Source of the DNA: Alphaproteobacteria bacterium
GTDB taxonomy: Bacteria; Pseudomonadota; Alphaproteobacteria; Micavibrionales; Micavibrionaceae
Length of the DNA stretch: 64,000 nucleotides
NCBI GenBank assembly: GCA_027482195.1
Contig: JAIXWE010000053.1
Location: forward strand, 3,308 to 67,307
Direction: 5' to 3'
Part shown: piece after piece, positions 19,699 through 31,550 of the stretch
How positions within the stretch are numbered: position 1 is the stretch's first letter
How the letters are laid out: each line of letters begins with the position of its first letter
Notes under the pieces: generated by a model
Seen by the model: only the letters and a program-made list of their open reading frames with translations
Told to the model about the DNA's origin: nothing
Databases searched by the model: none
Translations under genes and position numbers: made by a program

Positions 19699-20751
19699 AT
19701 GTCTCAACGTCACGCTTTTCCGTCCAAGGCCTTTCAAAACGCACTTTTACGTTGGTATGATCACCATGCCCGCACATTACCGTGGCGTGCAGTGCCCGGT
19801 CAAACACCCAACCCTTATCATGTTTGGCTCTCTGAAATTATGTTACAACAGACAACGGTTGCGGCTGTTGGGCCTTATTTTCAAAAATTCACCCAGATAT
19901 GGCCAAATGTTCACGCACTTGCCAAAGCCAACCCTGAGCGCGTGATGAAAGAATGGGCGGGTCTTGGTTATTATGCGCGGGCGCGAAATCTTATCGCGTG
20001 CGCACAACAAATCACACAAGAATATGGCGGTGTTTTTCCTCAAGAGGAATTGGATCTTTTAAAATTGCGCGGCGTTGGACCGTATACGGCGGCGGCCATT
20101 GCAGCGATTGCATTCAATAAACAGGCGGTTGTGATTGATGGAAATATTGAGCGCGTGACGGCGCGTCTTTTTCGCATTCAAAAACCTCTTCCAAGCTCAA
20201 AACCTCTGATCCGTCATCATGCTATGGATCTTTTCAAAAATATAAAACGCAGTGGTGATTTTGCACAAAGCTTGATGGATTTGGGCGCAACAATTTGCAC
20301 ACCACAAAATCCCAAATGTTCAGAGTGCCCAGTGAAAAATTTTTGTGAAGCGTTCGAGAAGGGAGATGCGGCACTTTATCCGCTTAAAAATAAGAAGAAA
20401 AAAATTCCTGTGCGTGAAGGAAAAGTTTTTTGGCTGACTAAAAACAAGCAACTTGTTTGTGAAGTCAGGGAAAAAGACCGTATGTTAGGGGGTATGTTGG
20501 GCCTTCCGACAACGGATTGGGATTTAAAACATGATGCGAGTGATGTGAATCGTGATGCATTCAAGGCGATTGATACCGGCCTTTCCATCACGCACACCTT
20601 CAGCCATTTCAAATTGATTTTAAAGATTTATGCGGCGCAAGTAAAAGTTTTACCGAAAAAGAACATGAAATTTATTCCTATTCACGATATTCTTGACTCA
20701 GGTTTGCCAAGTTTATTTCAAAAAGTGGCCAGAAAGATGATCACGTCATGA
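19699..20751 (+). CDS. mutY: A/G-specific adenine DNA glycosylase MutY
   Basis: HhH-GPD core (WLSEIMLQQTTV, GLGYYARARNL, LRGVGPYTAAAI) and an Fe-S cluster loop CTPQNPKCSECPVKNFC. Confidence 0.9.
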   Translation: MSQRHAFPSKAFQNALLRWYDHHARTLPWRAVPGQTPNPYHVWLSEIMLQQTTVAAVGPYFQKFTQIWPNVHALAKANPERVMKEWAGLGYYARARNLIACAQQITQEYGGVFPQEELDLLKLRGVGPYTAAAIAAIAFNKQAVVIDGNIERVTARLFRIQKPLPSSKPLIRHHAMDLFKNIKRSGDFAQSLMDLGATICTPQNPKCSECPVKNFCEAFEKGDAALYPLKNKKKKIPVREGKVFWLTKNKQLVCEVREKDRMLGGMLGLPTTDWDLKHDASDVNRDAFKAIDTGLSITHTFSHFKLILKIYAAQVKVLPKKNMKFIPIHDILDSGLPSLFQKVARKMITS

Positions 20752-21491
20752 TAAAAAGAATTATTACTTTTTTATGTGTTTTTTTCTCTCTTCTACCTGT
20801 TTGTGCGAAGGCCGAGGAAAAAAACTTTGTTGATACAAGTTATACAAATCTTGTGAGGCTTTATGCCGCAATGAATACTTACAATTGGGATGATCCGGCG
20901 GTGATTGATTCCTATCTACGTGTGGTTGAATGCCCATTATTCAAAGATTTTGCGAAAGACGAATTTGAATGGCAAAAAGTTCGCGTGGCGACAAAACAAC
21001 ATCTTTTGCAAAATAAATCTTCCTTTTCCAATCACTTTGAATTCGTGCGCTCCCTTCATTTAGAGGCTTATGATTTTAATCTTGGCGGATTTAAAGTGAG
21101 GAATGAAGATATTCTTCTCCCCACGACACGCATGTTGGTTTCCGCAAATAGTGCCGGGAGTGTTTCAGACTGCGCTCTTGATAATTTGGGTGTGATTACT
21201 TTGCATTTTCCATTGAATATGGTGCTTTCTTTTGAGCGGCCGCTTGAACTGTCTTTTGTTCCTGTGTCTCAAGAGATTGCAGAAAAATATTTAAAGATGT
21301 TACAAGAAAATAAAAGGTCGCGGCAAAAAGAACGTCTCGCTTATCTGCGTCTTCGTTTCAAAGCACAGCAAGCTCAGCCCATATTAAAAGATGGATCAGA
21401 CAGCTTCGCGCATGTTTATGGGGATTTATTGGCGGTGGATGTCTTCGCGGATAAAGAGCTCACACTACCGCTTTATAGCAAGAAATTTTAA
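20748..21491 (+). CDS. Hypothetical secreted protein
   Basis: It has a signal peptide (ITFLCVFFSLLPVCAKA). It is coupled to mutY by a 4-nt overlap. I recognise no motif. Confidence 0.5.
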   Translation: MIKRIITFLCVFFSLLPVCAKAEEKNFVDTSYTNLVRLYAAMNTYNWDDPAVIDSYLRVVECPLFKDFAKDEFEWQKVRVATKQHLLQNKSSFSNHFEFVRSLHLEAYDFNLGGFKVRNEDILLPTTRMLVSANSAGSVSDCALDNLGVITLHFPLNMVLSFERPLELSFVPVSQEIAEKYLKMLQENKRSRQKERLAYLRLRFKAQQAQPILKDGSDSFAHVYGDLLAVDVFADKELTLPLYSKKF

Positions 21492-21528
21492 GTAGAATGC
21501 CTTAGGAGTAAAGCGCGTAATTGGTGAA

Positions 21529-22772
<1,244 letters not shown>

Positions 22773-22773
22773 T

Positions 22774-23376
22774 TCAAGCGGATTTTAAATGACAAAGCGG
22801 AGCAAAACTCATCCGGTGATGGGGGCTGGGCCCATAATGGGCGATTGCTTGAAGATGGTGTGCGGTGCCATAACCCGCATTGCTCTTCCATCCATAATGC
22901 GGGAATTCTTCGTGGAGTTTATGCATCAAGCGGTCACGCGTCACTTTGGCAATAATCGAGGCGGCGGCGATTGAAATTGATTTTTGGTCTCCTTTTATCA
23001 AACAGCGCGCCTGAATAGGGAAGGCAGGGGGTACATGATTTCCATCAATCAATGCATGCTCACACTCGAAATTCATCGCGTGATAGGCGCAACGCATAGC
23101 TTGGAAAGTTGATTGCAAAATATTGATACGATCAATGTCATCCGGTTGCACAATTCCAATTCCGGTATGCGCATTTTCTTTTATCTGCTCAAAAAGCCTC
23201 TCACGTTTTGAGGAAGATAATTTTTTGCTATCATGAACTTCATTCCAAAAATTTAGGTGACGCACATCATGTGGAACAAAAACGCATGCAGCGACTACAG
23301 GCCCGGCAAGGGGGCCGCGGCCAGCCTCATCTAGGCCACAGATATGATTTTTTTCCTCATGCGAGAAATCAGGCAT
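22774..23376 (-). CDS. rnhB: Ribonuclease HII
   Basis: N-terminal GLDEAGRGPLAGPVV and DSKKLS motifs. Confidence 0.9.
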   Translation of the reverse strand: MPDFSHEEKNHICGLDEAGRGPLAGPVVAACVFVPHDVRHLNFWNEVHDSKKLSSSKRERLFEQIKENAHTGIGIVQPDDIDRINILQSTFQAMRCAYHAMNFECEHALIDGNHVPPAFPIQARCLIKGDQKSISIAAASIIAKVTRDRLMHKLHEEFPHYGWKSNAGYGTAHHLQAIAHYGPSPHHRMSFAPLCHLKSA

Positions 23377-25990
23377 CTAATGTTTTACTCGCAATTTCAA
23401 AGCAGTTTGGTGAAAGATTGGGGTGAGCTTTGATCTGTTGTAAAACGCTTCTCATTTTTTCTTGCCGCTCAGGTGCAAAGCGTTTCCAGTCACGTAGCGC
23501 AGATAAAAGACGCGAAGCGAGAGAGGGGTTAAAGCCATCACATTCCAAAACAATTTTGTGAAGTAAGTTGTAGCCATCACCGCGCGCATCGTGAAAAGCA
23601 ACAGGATTGTTTAAAAAGAAAGCCCCGTACAATGATCGCGCGCGGTTAGGATTGCGCAAGGTAAATTCGGGGTGGCGACTCAGCTTCTCAATGTCCTCTA
23701 ATACATTTTCTCTGGAGCTTACGGCTTGTGATGAAAACCATTTATCGGCCACCAACGGGTGAGTTTTAAAGCGGTTATAAAAGTCTGAAATGATAGCCGC
23801 GCGTCCCTCAGAATTGCTGTCAATAATGACACCAAACGCGGTCATGCGATCTGTCATGTTGTTGGATGAATCATAAAGATCTTTTGCAATTGTAAAACCT
23901 TGGTCTTTTTCAACATAGCTCAAAAAGCGAAGCATGATTTTCTTTAAGGCGCGATCCGCCATCGATTTTGGATCAGTATTATACTGTGTGATTGTGCTCA
24001 AAGAATTATAGAGATCTAAAATTAAGGCATGATATTTCTGTGCAATCTCAGTTTTAAATGAGATGAGTGCTTGATGAATTTTGTCTGGGTTCACCACTGT
24101 GCGATCTTGCGCAAGCAAGTTAAAATCAGGCAAAGTCAGCATGCGTGCCAAAAGCGCGCGGTCGCGATGTGCATCTTTTGCTTGGTGCAACAAATTTTCA
24201 ATGATGTTGAGAAGGCCTGTTGCATCAGGCTTTTCTGAATTATTTTCAAGTGAATCAATAAGGTCATGCATATGACGCGCATAAAGCATCTGCAAAGAAT
24301 CCCATCTGACAAATCCATCTGTGTCATGCACAGCGAGGAAGCCAAGCTCATCAAAATTTAAATTACTGGTTATTTTTACCGGCGCAGAGAATCCACGAAA
24401 TATAGATGGCACAGGTTTTGATGAAATATTTTCAAACTCAAAAACTTGTTTCTCTTCTTTTAAATGCAGAACAGCTTCATGAATTTTGGTTCCATCTTGT
24501 GAGAAAAGTGCGGTTGAAATGGGAATGTGAAGCGGTTTTTTATCAATCTGGCCAGGTGTTGGCGGCGTTGATTGTGTGAATGTGATGGCGGCGATTTTTT
24601 TTGAAGGATCAAAAGAAAATTCGGCGTGGACATGGGGGGTGCCCGCCTGGGAATACCACAGTTTAAACTGAGATAAATCAATATTTGAAGCGTCCGCCAT
24701 GCACGCTACAAAATCATCACAGGTGACGGCGTGTCCATCAAATCGATCAAAATATAAATCGGTACCTTTGCGGAAATTCTCTAGCCCAAGAAGATTGCGT
24801 TGCATGCGAATAACTTCGCCGCCTTTCTCATAGACGGTCATGGTATAAAAATTATTGATCTCAATAAAACTATCGGGGCGAATGGGGTGGGCAAGAGGGC
24901 CTTGATCTTCGGGGAATTGACGTGTGCGTAACATGACAACATCATCAATGCGTTTGACATCACGTGAATTCATATCGGATGAAAATTCTTGTTCACGAAA
25001 AACGGTGAAGCCCTCTTTCAAAGATAATTGAAACCAATCGCGGCATGTGACGCGGTTGCCCGACCAATTGTGAAAATACTCATGCGCAACAACGGCTTCA
25101 ACATTCAAAAAGTCCATATCCGTCGCAGTTTCTGGGGCTGCCAACACAAGGGCGGTGTTGAAAATATTCAAAGATGTATTCTCCATCGCACCAAAATTAA
25201 AATCAGAAACGGCAACAATGTTAAAGCGGTTTAATTGATATTCACGTCCGTAAACTTCTTCATCCCACGCAAAAGATTTCTTAAGAGATTCCATAGCGTG
25301 ATCACATTGGCTTTGATCGCCATCGCGTACATAAATGCGTAAATCAACAATGCGTCCGGACATTGTTGTGAAACTATCTTGAACGTATTTTAAATCGCCG
25401 GCCACAAGCGCAAAAAGATAAGAAGGTTTCGGATAGGGGTCGTGCCATTGCGTGAAATGGCGTTGATTTTCTAACAGGCCTTCGTCCATCAAATTTCCAT
25501 TTGATAAAAGCACGGGGTGTTTGGTTTTATCTGCTTCAATGCGCACGTTAAAAACACTTAAATTATCAGGGCGATCGATGGCATAGGTAATGCGGCGAAA
25601 TCCTTCCGGTTCGCATTGCGTGCAATATGTTCCGTTTGATTGGTAAAGCCCCTCGAGAGATAAATTTTTTGACGGGTCAATGCGTGTTGTTATCTCAAGG
25701 GAAAATTTATCATCGGTGGGCGTGATGACTAATTTGCCGTCTAACTTCTGACATTCAATTTCTTGAAATTTATTTATTACGAATTCATACATCACGGACA
25801 AGAGCTCCATATTCTCGCCATTGAGAATAAGGGGACGGGTATCGCCTTCGTGATTTTTCACGAAGGTTGTTCTACACACAACGTCCGTATAATCATCAAA
25901 AATTTTGAAAACCAAATTAATCTCAGGTGCAAGCCAATCTGGCTTTTGATAGTCTTTGAGATAAATAATTTGAGGGGTTTCTGATCGCAT
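23369..25990 (-). CDS. pepN: Aminopeptidase N (M1)
   Basis: GAMEN exopeptidase motif, HEYFHNWSGN zinc motif and a downstream LSLKEG. Confidence 0.95.
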   Translation of the reverse strand: MRSETPQIIYLKDYQKPDWLAPEINLVFKIFDDYTDVVCRTTFVKNHEGDTRPLILNGENMELLSVMYEFVINKFQEIECQKLDGKLVITPTDDKFSLEITTRIDPSKNLSLEGLYQSNGTYCTQCEPEGFRRITYAIDRPDNLSVFNVRIEADKTKHPVLLSNGNLMDEGLLENQRHFTQWHDPYPKPSYLFALVAGDLKYVQDSFTTMSGRIVDLRIYVRDGDQSQCDHAMESLKKSFAWDEEVYGREYQLNRFNIVAVSDFNFGAMENTSLNIFNTALVLAAPETATDMDFLNVEAVVAHEYFHNWSGNRVTCRDWFQLSLKEGFTVFREQEFSSDMNSRDVKRIDDVVMLRTRQFPEDQGPLAHPIRPDSFIEINNFYTMTVYEKGGEVIRMQRNLLGLENFRKGTDLYFDRFDGHAVTCDDFVACMADASNIDLSQFKLWYSQAGTPHVHAEFSFDPSKKIAAITFTQSTPPTPGQIDKKPLHIPISTALFSQDGTKIHEAVLHLKEEKQVFEFENISSKPVPSIFRGFSAPVKITSNLNFDELGFLAVHDTDGFVRWDSLQMLYARHMHDLIDSLENNSEKPDATGLLNIIENLLHQAKDAHRDRALLARMLTLPDFNLLAQDRTVVNPDKIHQALISFKTEIAQKYHALILDLYNSLSTITQYNTDPKSMADRALKKIMLRFLSYVEKDQGFTIAKDLYDSSNNMTDRMTAFGVIIDSNSEGRAAIISDFYNRFKTHPLVADKWFSSQAVSSRENVLEDIEKLSRHPEFTLRNPNRARSLYGAFFLNNPVAFHDARGDGYNLLHKIVLECDGFNPSLASRLLSALRDWKRFAPERQEKMRSVLQQIKAHPNLSPNCFEIASKTLDA

Positions 25991-25999
25991 TGTTTGCCT

Positions 26000-27046
<1,047 letters not shown>

Positions 27047-27054
27047 TCATAGTT

Positions 27055-27083
27055 AAAACAAAACCCCGTAAAAAGTTACGGGG
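27055..27083 (-). terminator. Rho-independent terminator downstream of rpmA
   Basis: On the minus strand, an 8-bp perfect stem CCCCGTAA/TTACGGGG with a 4-nt loop is followed by TTTTGTTTT, 30 nt after the rpmA stop. Confidence 0.7.
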
Positions 27084-27112
27084 TTAAGTGCATTGAACAT
27101 TAAAATAGTGTC

Positions 27113-27382
27113 TTAGGCGGCAACATCGTTCGCAGGAACGACATGCACAACAGGAACGCCACCCGCTTGACGCGAGAAAGCAACCTTACCATCAATAAGA
27201 GCAAAGATTGTGTGATCTTTTCCAAGACCAACGCCTTTGCCGGGGCGGAATTTTGTTCCGCGCTGGCGCACGATGATGTTACCAGCCAAAACATCCTGAC
27301 CACCGAAACGCTTTACGCCAAGACGCTGAGCATTTGAATCGCGACCGTTACGGGAACTACCGCCTGCTTTCTTATGTGCCAT
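27113..27382 (-). CDS. rpmA: 50S ribosomal protein L27
   Basis: [17 protein letters not shown]-terminus. Confidence 0.95.
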   Translation of the reverse strand: MAHKKAGGSSRNGRDSNAQRLGVKRFGGQDVLAGNIIVRQRGTKFRPGKGVGLGKDHTIFALIDGKVAFSRQAGGVPVVHVVPANDVAA

Positions 27383-27406
27383 ATGAAATCTCCTTAAATC
27401 CTATAA

Positions 27407-27721
27407 TTATGCTGCTTTGATGTCTTTGATCTTCAGGGTTAATAAATCCTGACGATGGCCGTTTTTACGGCGGGAGTTTTGACGGCGACGTTTTTTGAAA
27501 ACGATCAATTTTGGGCCGCGGGTTTCCGCAACCACTTCGGCCGTCACGGACGCACCCGCAATCACAGGGGCTCCGACGGTGGTCTTTGCACCATCCGAAA
27601 TCAACAAAACATCGGTTAAATTGATGATATCACCCGCTTTTGCATCCAAAAGCTCAACGGTAATTTTACTATCTTTGGTAACTTTATACTGTTTTCCACC
27701 AGTGCGAATAACCGCAAACAT
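27407..27721 (-). CDS. rplU: 50S ribosomal protein L21
   Basis: [15 protein letters not shown]-terminus. It lies upstream of rpmA. Confidence 0.95.
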   Translation of the reverse strand: MFAVIRTGGKQYKVTKDSKITVELLDAKAGDIINLTDVLLISDGAKTTVGAPVIAGASVTAEVVAETRGPKLIVFKKRRRQNSRRKNGHRQDLLTLKIKDIKAA

Positions 27722-27844
27722 CGTACTTTCCTTTCGTAAACCTATGATTCTATTGCCATAGTCCTGCTCAAAACAGGTCTTTTTGTGGTTTGTGCCCCGC
27801 TTATAAACAATTCCGTAACGATCGTCAAGTTAAGTTAAAGGGGC

Positions 27845-29407
27845 ATGACAACGACCCCCGCCTTTTCCGCCCAGCGCGACCAAGACCTTATATTACCCGT
27901 CGATCTTCGCAAGAAGGTCTTACCCGCCATTACAATATATGGGGATAGTCATGGTAAGGATCTGGCCAAAATCCTTTGGGGGTTGGTCGCGGGGCAGGAT
28001 ATTCGGTTCTTAACCCCTCAAACCGAAGATGAATTATTCATTCATGCTTATAACAGTGCGCTGGTTTTCATTGTCACCGAAAACCTCGAAGACCAGAAAT
28101 TGGCCATGGCAAAGCGTGTGTGGGAATATCCAGGCGTGGTGGCGGATATTATCGCCATAACCCCAGAGCCGGAGATCAGACAGCGGCTTCATATGATGGC
28201 TCATGATTTTGACGCGATTTTTAATTGGGAAATTTTACAGCTTCCGGAGTTTAAGCGTGTTTTCGACCAAAAATTGCGCAAGGGAATCTTGCGGTTAGAA
28301 GCGCGCATTCAACAAGATGAATACCGAGCCTTCCAAGGATTTTTATCTGCAAGTGCCGACGCTTTTATTGTTTTTGATAAAGATCGAAAAGTTTTCTTTG
28401 TGTCGGATCATTACCTCTCTCTTTATCCTAAAAATGCCCATGGTTTTGTGCGTGGCGTGCCGGTACAGAGAGTTTTTGAATCCGTCTCCGATGAGATGGG
28501 GATCCGCAAAGGTCATGCTGATTATGTGGCGTTGAAGGAATTTTGGCTTGGTATGAAGGGGGAGCGTGAGATTTATTTAGATGACGGGCGTTTCATGCGC
28601 ATGACGGCAATGCCGCTGCCCGATGGTCAGGGGACAATTATCTCGATGACCGACATTACCAATTATAAACGCCAAGAAGAAAAACTTGAGAAAGCGTTGA
28701 GCAACGAGCAAGAAGCCAGCGCACTTCAGAAACAATTTATCAGCATGGTCAGCCATGAATTTCGTACCCCCTTAACAATTGTTGATGGGAATGCACAAAT
28801 TTTAGAACGGCGTATTGATAAAATGGGGCGGGAAGAGATCGGCACGCGCCTCAAACGTATTCGTTCGGCTGTGTCACGCTTGGTGAGCATGATGGAGGCG
28901 GTTTTATCTTCGAATATGCTGCGCACCGGGAAGCTCGATCTTCATTTGGAAGAGTTTAATTTGAAAGAATTGATTGAGCAGATGTGCGAGGAGCAGCAAG
29001 ATTTAAGCCGTGATCATAAAATCACAACACATTTTGAGAATGTGCCTGATCTGGTTATGATGGACCGTAAGGTCATGACCTTGATCATAACCAACTTGCT
29101 ATCAAATGCGGTGAAGTTTTCTATCGAAAATCCTTTTGTAAATATGATCGTCAAAAATACAGATTCTGGCCTCTCGATTGATGTGCAAGATAACGGGGTG
29201 GGGATCCCCCAAAATGAATTGCCGCGCATTTTTGATCGTTTTTATCGCGCCACGACCTCAAGCGGAATTACCGGTTCCGGTGTCGGGTTGTCACTTGTTT
29301 ACGATCTCATTGATTTGCATCAGGGAACAATTTCCGTTGAAAGTGATATAGGCAAAGGAACCTGTTTCAAGCTATACTTTCCGCATCAGAAAGATGATTC
29401 GAAATGA
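27845..29407 (+). CDS. Cytoplasmic sensor histidine kinase (N-terminal receiver-like region, PAS, HisKA, HATPase_c)
   Basis: H box SHEFRTPL, N box LLSNAVKFS, G1 DNGVGIP and G2 GSGVGLSLV. I see no TM helix. A PAS-like segment lies around residues 160-280. Confidence 0.85.
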   Translation: MTTTPAFSAQRDQDLILPVDLRKKVLPAITIYGDSHGKDLAKILWGLVAGQDIRFLTPQTEDELFIHAYNSALVFIVTENLEDQKLAMAKRVWEYPGVVADIIAITPEPEIRQRLHMMAHDFDAIFNWEILQLPEFKRVFDQKLRKGILRLEARIQQDEYRAFQGFLSASADAFIVFDKDRKVFFVSDHYLSLYPKNAHGFVRGVPVQRVFESVSDEMGIRKGHADYVALKEFWLGMKGEREIYLDDGRFMRMTAMPLPDGQGTIISMTDITNYKRQEEKLEKALSNEQEASALQKQFISMVSHEFRTPLTIVDGNAQILERRIDKMGREEIGTRLKRIRSAVSRLVSMMEAVLSSNMLRTGKLDLHLEEFNLKELIEQMCEEQQDLSRDHKITTHFENVPDLVMMDRKVMTLIITNLLSNAVKFSIENPFVNMIVKNTDSGLSIDVQDNGVGIPQNELPRIFDRFYRATTSSGITGSGVGLSLVYDLIDLHQGTISVESDIGKGTCFKLYFPHQKDDSK

Positions 29408-29775
29408 AAAAAATTATTCTGCTTGTTGAAGACGAAAAAGAATTATGTGACATCCTTCAAGATGAATTGGGTGCGCAAGGTTATATGGTTGTGACCGCAC
29501 GTAATGGCGAAGAGGGCCTTAAAAAACTTCAGGAAGTTGAGCCTCACCTCATTATATGTGATCGCGCTATGCCGATTATGTCGGGGTACCAACTTTTGGA
29601 ACGTATTCGCGGGTCTTATCCGCAATATAATGATCTTCCCTTCATCTTCTTAACGGCAATGTCCGATCCGCGTGATCGCCATTCCGTGTCCCATTTGGAA
29701 CCCACGGCCTATATTGAAAAACCTGTGGATTTTGATCGCCTCTCGCAAGCAATCCGTAAGGCGTTAGGGGAATAA
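29404..29775 (+). CDS. Single-domain response regulator (CheY-like receiver)
   Basis: LVEDE acidic pocket, phospho-acceptor region IICDRAMP, FLTAMSD and conserved Lys (IEKPVD). It is coupled to the kinase by a 4-nt overlap. Confidence 0.85.
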   Translation: MKKIILLVEDEKELCDILQDELGAQGYMVVTARNGEEGLKKLQEVEPHLIICDRAMPIMSGYQLLERIRGSYPQYNDLPFIFLTAMSDPRDRHSVSHLEPTAYIEKPVDFDRLSQAIRKALGE

Positions 29776-29780
29776 GCCTT

Positions 29781-30287
29781 ATGCGTTTTTTTGTTGTTTT
29801 GTTTGGTATCTTTTTTCTCACCGCCTGTGCAACGTCACCATCACCTCTTGTGCGTGCGGGTCACCAGGCTGATTTGATCACTGTTGATAAATCAGAAAAA
29901 AAGTTGGTCTTGTGGCAAGAAGGAAAAGTTTTAAAAAATTATAATATTCTTGCATTCGGTGCAAACCCCGTTGGTCACAAACAATATGAAGGAGATGAGC
30001 GCACACCCGAAGGTGATTATTTCATCAGCCGTAAAAACCCGAGCAAGAAATTTCAAAAATTTCTAAATATTTCCTACCCTAATGAAGATGACAAAAAACG
30101 TGCGAAAGCGCTTGGAAAATCTCCCGGCGGTTTTGTTGGTATTCATGGTGACAAGGGCGGGGTTGAAGGCTTTTTTGATCGCTTTGATCCAAGATGGACG
30201 GATGGGTGCATCACCGTGCGCAATCATGAGATTGAAGAAATTTACCAATTGGTCCCGGTTGGCACGCGGATTATCATTTCCCCTTAA
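29781..30287 (+). CDS. L,D-transpeptidase (YkuD) family lipoprotein
   Basis: Lipobox LTAC and a YkuD core (GIHG..., catalytic Cys context TDGCITV). Confidence 0.75.
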   Translation: MRFFVVLFGIFFLTACATSPSPLVRAGHQADLITVDKSEKKLVLWQEGKVLKNYNILAFGANPVGHKQYEGDERTPEGDYFISRKNPSKKFQKFLNISYPNEDDKKRAKALGKSPGGFVGIHGDKGGVEGFFDRFDPRWTDGCITVRNHEIEEIYQLVPVGTRIIISP

Positions 30288-30301
30288 GTTACATTTCTTC
30301 A

Positions 30302-30316
30302 TGAAACTGTGTTTCA
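30302..30316. promoter_or_regulatory. Perfect 15-bp palindrome TGAAAC-TGT-GTTTCA (candidate operator)
   Basis: Read directly. The bottom strand reads CGTGAAACACAGTTTCA, so this site belongs to the CGTGAAA(C/T) motif family. Confidence 0.55.
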
Positions 30317-30326
30317 CGGTAATAAT

Positions 30327-30342
30327 ATTTTACGTGAAATTT
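30327..30342 (+). repeat. Left copy of a 16-bp perfect inverted repeat ATTTTACGTGAAATTT
   Basis: It is identical to the reverse complement of 45359-45374. Confidence 0.9.
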
Positions 30343-30349
30343 TTAAAAG

Positions 30350-30357
30350 CGTGAAAC
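30350..30357 (+). promoter_or_regulatory. CGTGAAAC motif copy upstream of ORF 30534
   Basis: AAAAGCGTGAAACAC, read directly. Confidence 0.45.
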
Positions 30358-30533
30358 ACAAAAAACATCAAAAAAAATAAAGTTTTATAATGGTTTTTAT
30401 GAGCTGAATAAGCCCGAGAAAGCTTCATTTTTTTCTTGCTCAAAATTCTACATTCAGTGAAAGCTCATATATATGTTAGACGCAGTTCACACTCATCACC
30501 TAATTAGTCCATAGAATTTAAGAAGGATTTCGC

Positions 30534-31550
30534 ATGGGGTTGCCAACCGGAATTATAAAACAAGATTGGGTTCGGCATTCTGCTCCACAATCCGATAATG
30601 TTTCTCTCCCTCCTAAAAAAGATGGTCAATTTTATATTTCGTCGAATGGTTCGATTTTTCGTCACTATAAACATGAAGATGATCGTTTAATTCTTGCTCC
30701 CGCAAATGTGATTGTACATGAAAAAAATAAAAGCGCGAATGATCGCAATAAGCGCGAAATGTTAGAGCGACTTCGTTTGCTGATTGAGATGCGTGATTTG
30801 GTCATGAATATATTACATCTTCAAGAAAAAACACCTGACGATTCTGTTTTGTCTCCGTGGCAAGATTTACAAAAAACTTTGAAAAAAAAGTATGGTATTT
30901 TTTTAGAAACTTTCGGCCCAATTTATAAAACGGAAAGTGATCATTCTTATCCAAACTTAAGAAAATTTCGTAAAGATCCTGATGGGCACCGTGTTGCTTC
31001 CTTGATTGAAAGTTGCGATGACTTAAAAAATCATACTGGCGTTGGTGATATTTTTAACCCGCGCGTTCTCGCACATAACAGTGATGGTCTTGCGTTGACG
31101 AGTCATCATCAAAGCCTAATAGAGATTCCTCAATCGAGGAATTTCTTAAAACCATGTTTTGTGTTATCAGAAGAAAATTTTTTCCCCTTCATGCGTCAAT
31201 TTTTCAAGCTTCATCCTTTGGCAAATCTTTTCGTCATTGATCAAGATCAATGGATTGATGATGGCGCGAAATTGTCAGTTGATGAAAAAATGGAACGCTT
31301 TGTAAATAAGGTTAATAATAATTCATGGGATGGCATTTTAATCATGCCAGTTCATTTTAAAAAGTTGGTCAAGCACAAGTATTTTGATCTCATGAATGTG
31401 GATCATTATTTCATCGATGAATCTATTCAGTCACATACAATTGATGCGGCCGCCAAGATTGACGAGAGTCTTATATCTAAATTTACGGTGCCGGAGAGTA
31501 AGAAGCCCCCGCGCGCGGCATGTTATGATCCACCATCTCTCGCGGCGTAG
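30534..31550 (+). CDS. Hypothetical protein, possibly a collapsed remnant of a mobile-element methylase/SNF2-type helicase fusion gene
   Basis: 338-aa ORF with colinear short blocks (EMRDLVMNILHLQE, LKKKYGIF, FRKDPDGHRVASLIE, GDIFNPR, WDGILIMPVHF, VDHYFIDESIQ). These recall the linker and DExH-box region of those large proteins. No Walker A and no methylase motifs are present. The 3' end overlaps the convergent gene by 68 nt. Confidence 0.4.
   Translation: MGLPTGIIKQDWVRHSAPQSDNVSLPPKKDGQFYISSNGSIFRHYKHEDDRLILAPANVIVHEKNKSANDRNKREMLERLRLLIEMRDLVMNILHLQEKTPDDSVLSPWQDLQKTLKKKYGIFLETFGPIYKTESDHSYPNLRKFRKDPDGHRVASLIESCDDLKNHTGVGDIFNPRVLAHNSDGLALTSHHQSLIEIPQSRNFLKPCFVLSEENFFPFMRQFFKLHPLANLFVIDQDQWIDDGAKLSVDEKMERFVNKVNNNSWDGILIMPVHFKKLVKHKYFDLMNVDHYFIDESIQSHTIDAAAKIDESLISKFTVPESKKPPRAACYDPPSLAA

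Noticed and set aside
30288-30533. Search for an att-type direct repeat of the tRNA-Ser 3' end, and for an integrase or transposase anywhere in 30.3-45.4 kb.
   Set aside because: I found no TTCGAA-containing tRNA fragment in the left boundary region and no recombinase-like ORF. The block cannot be called a classical integrative element.
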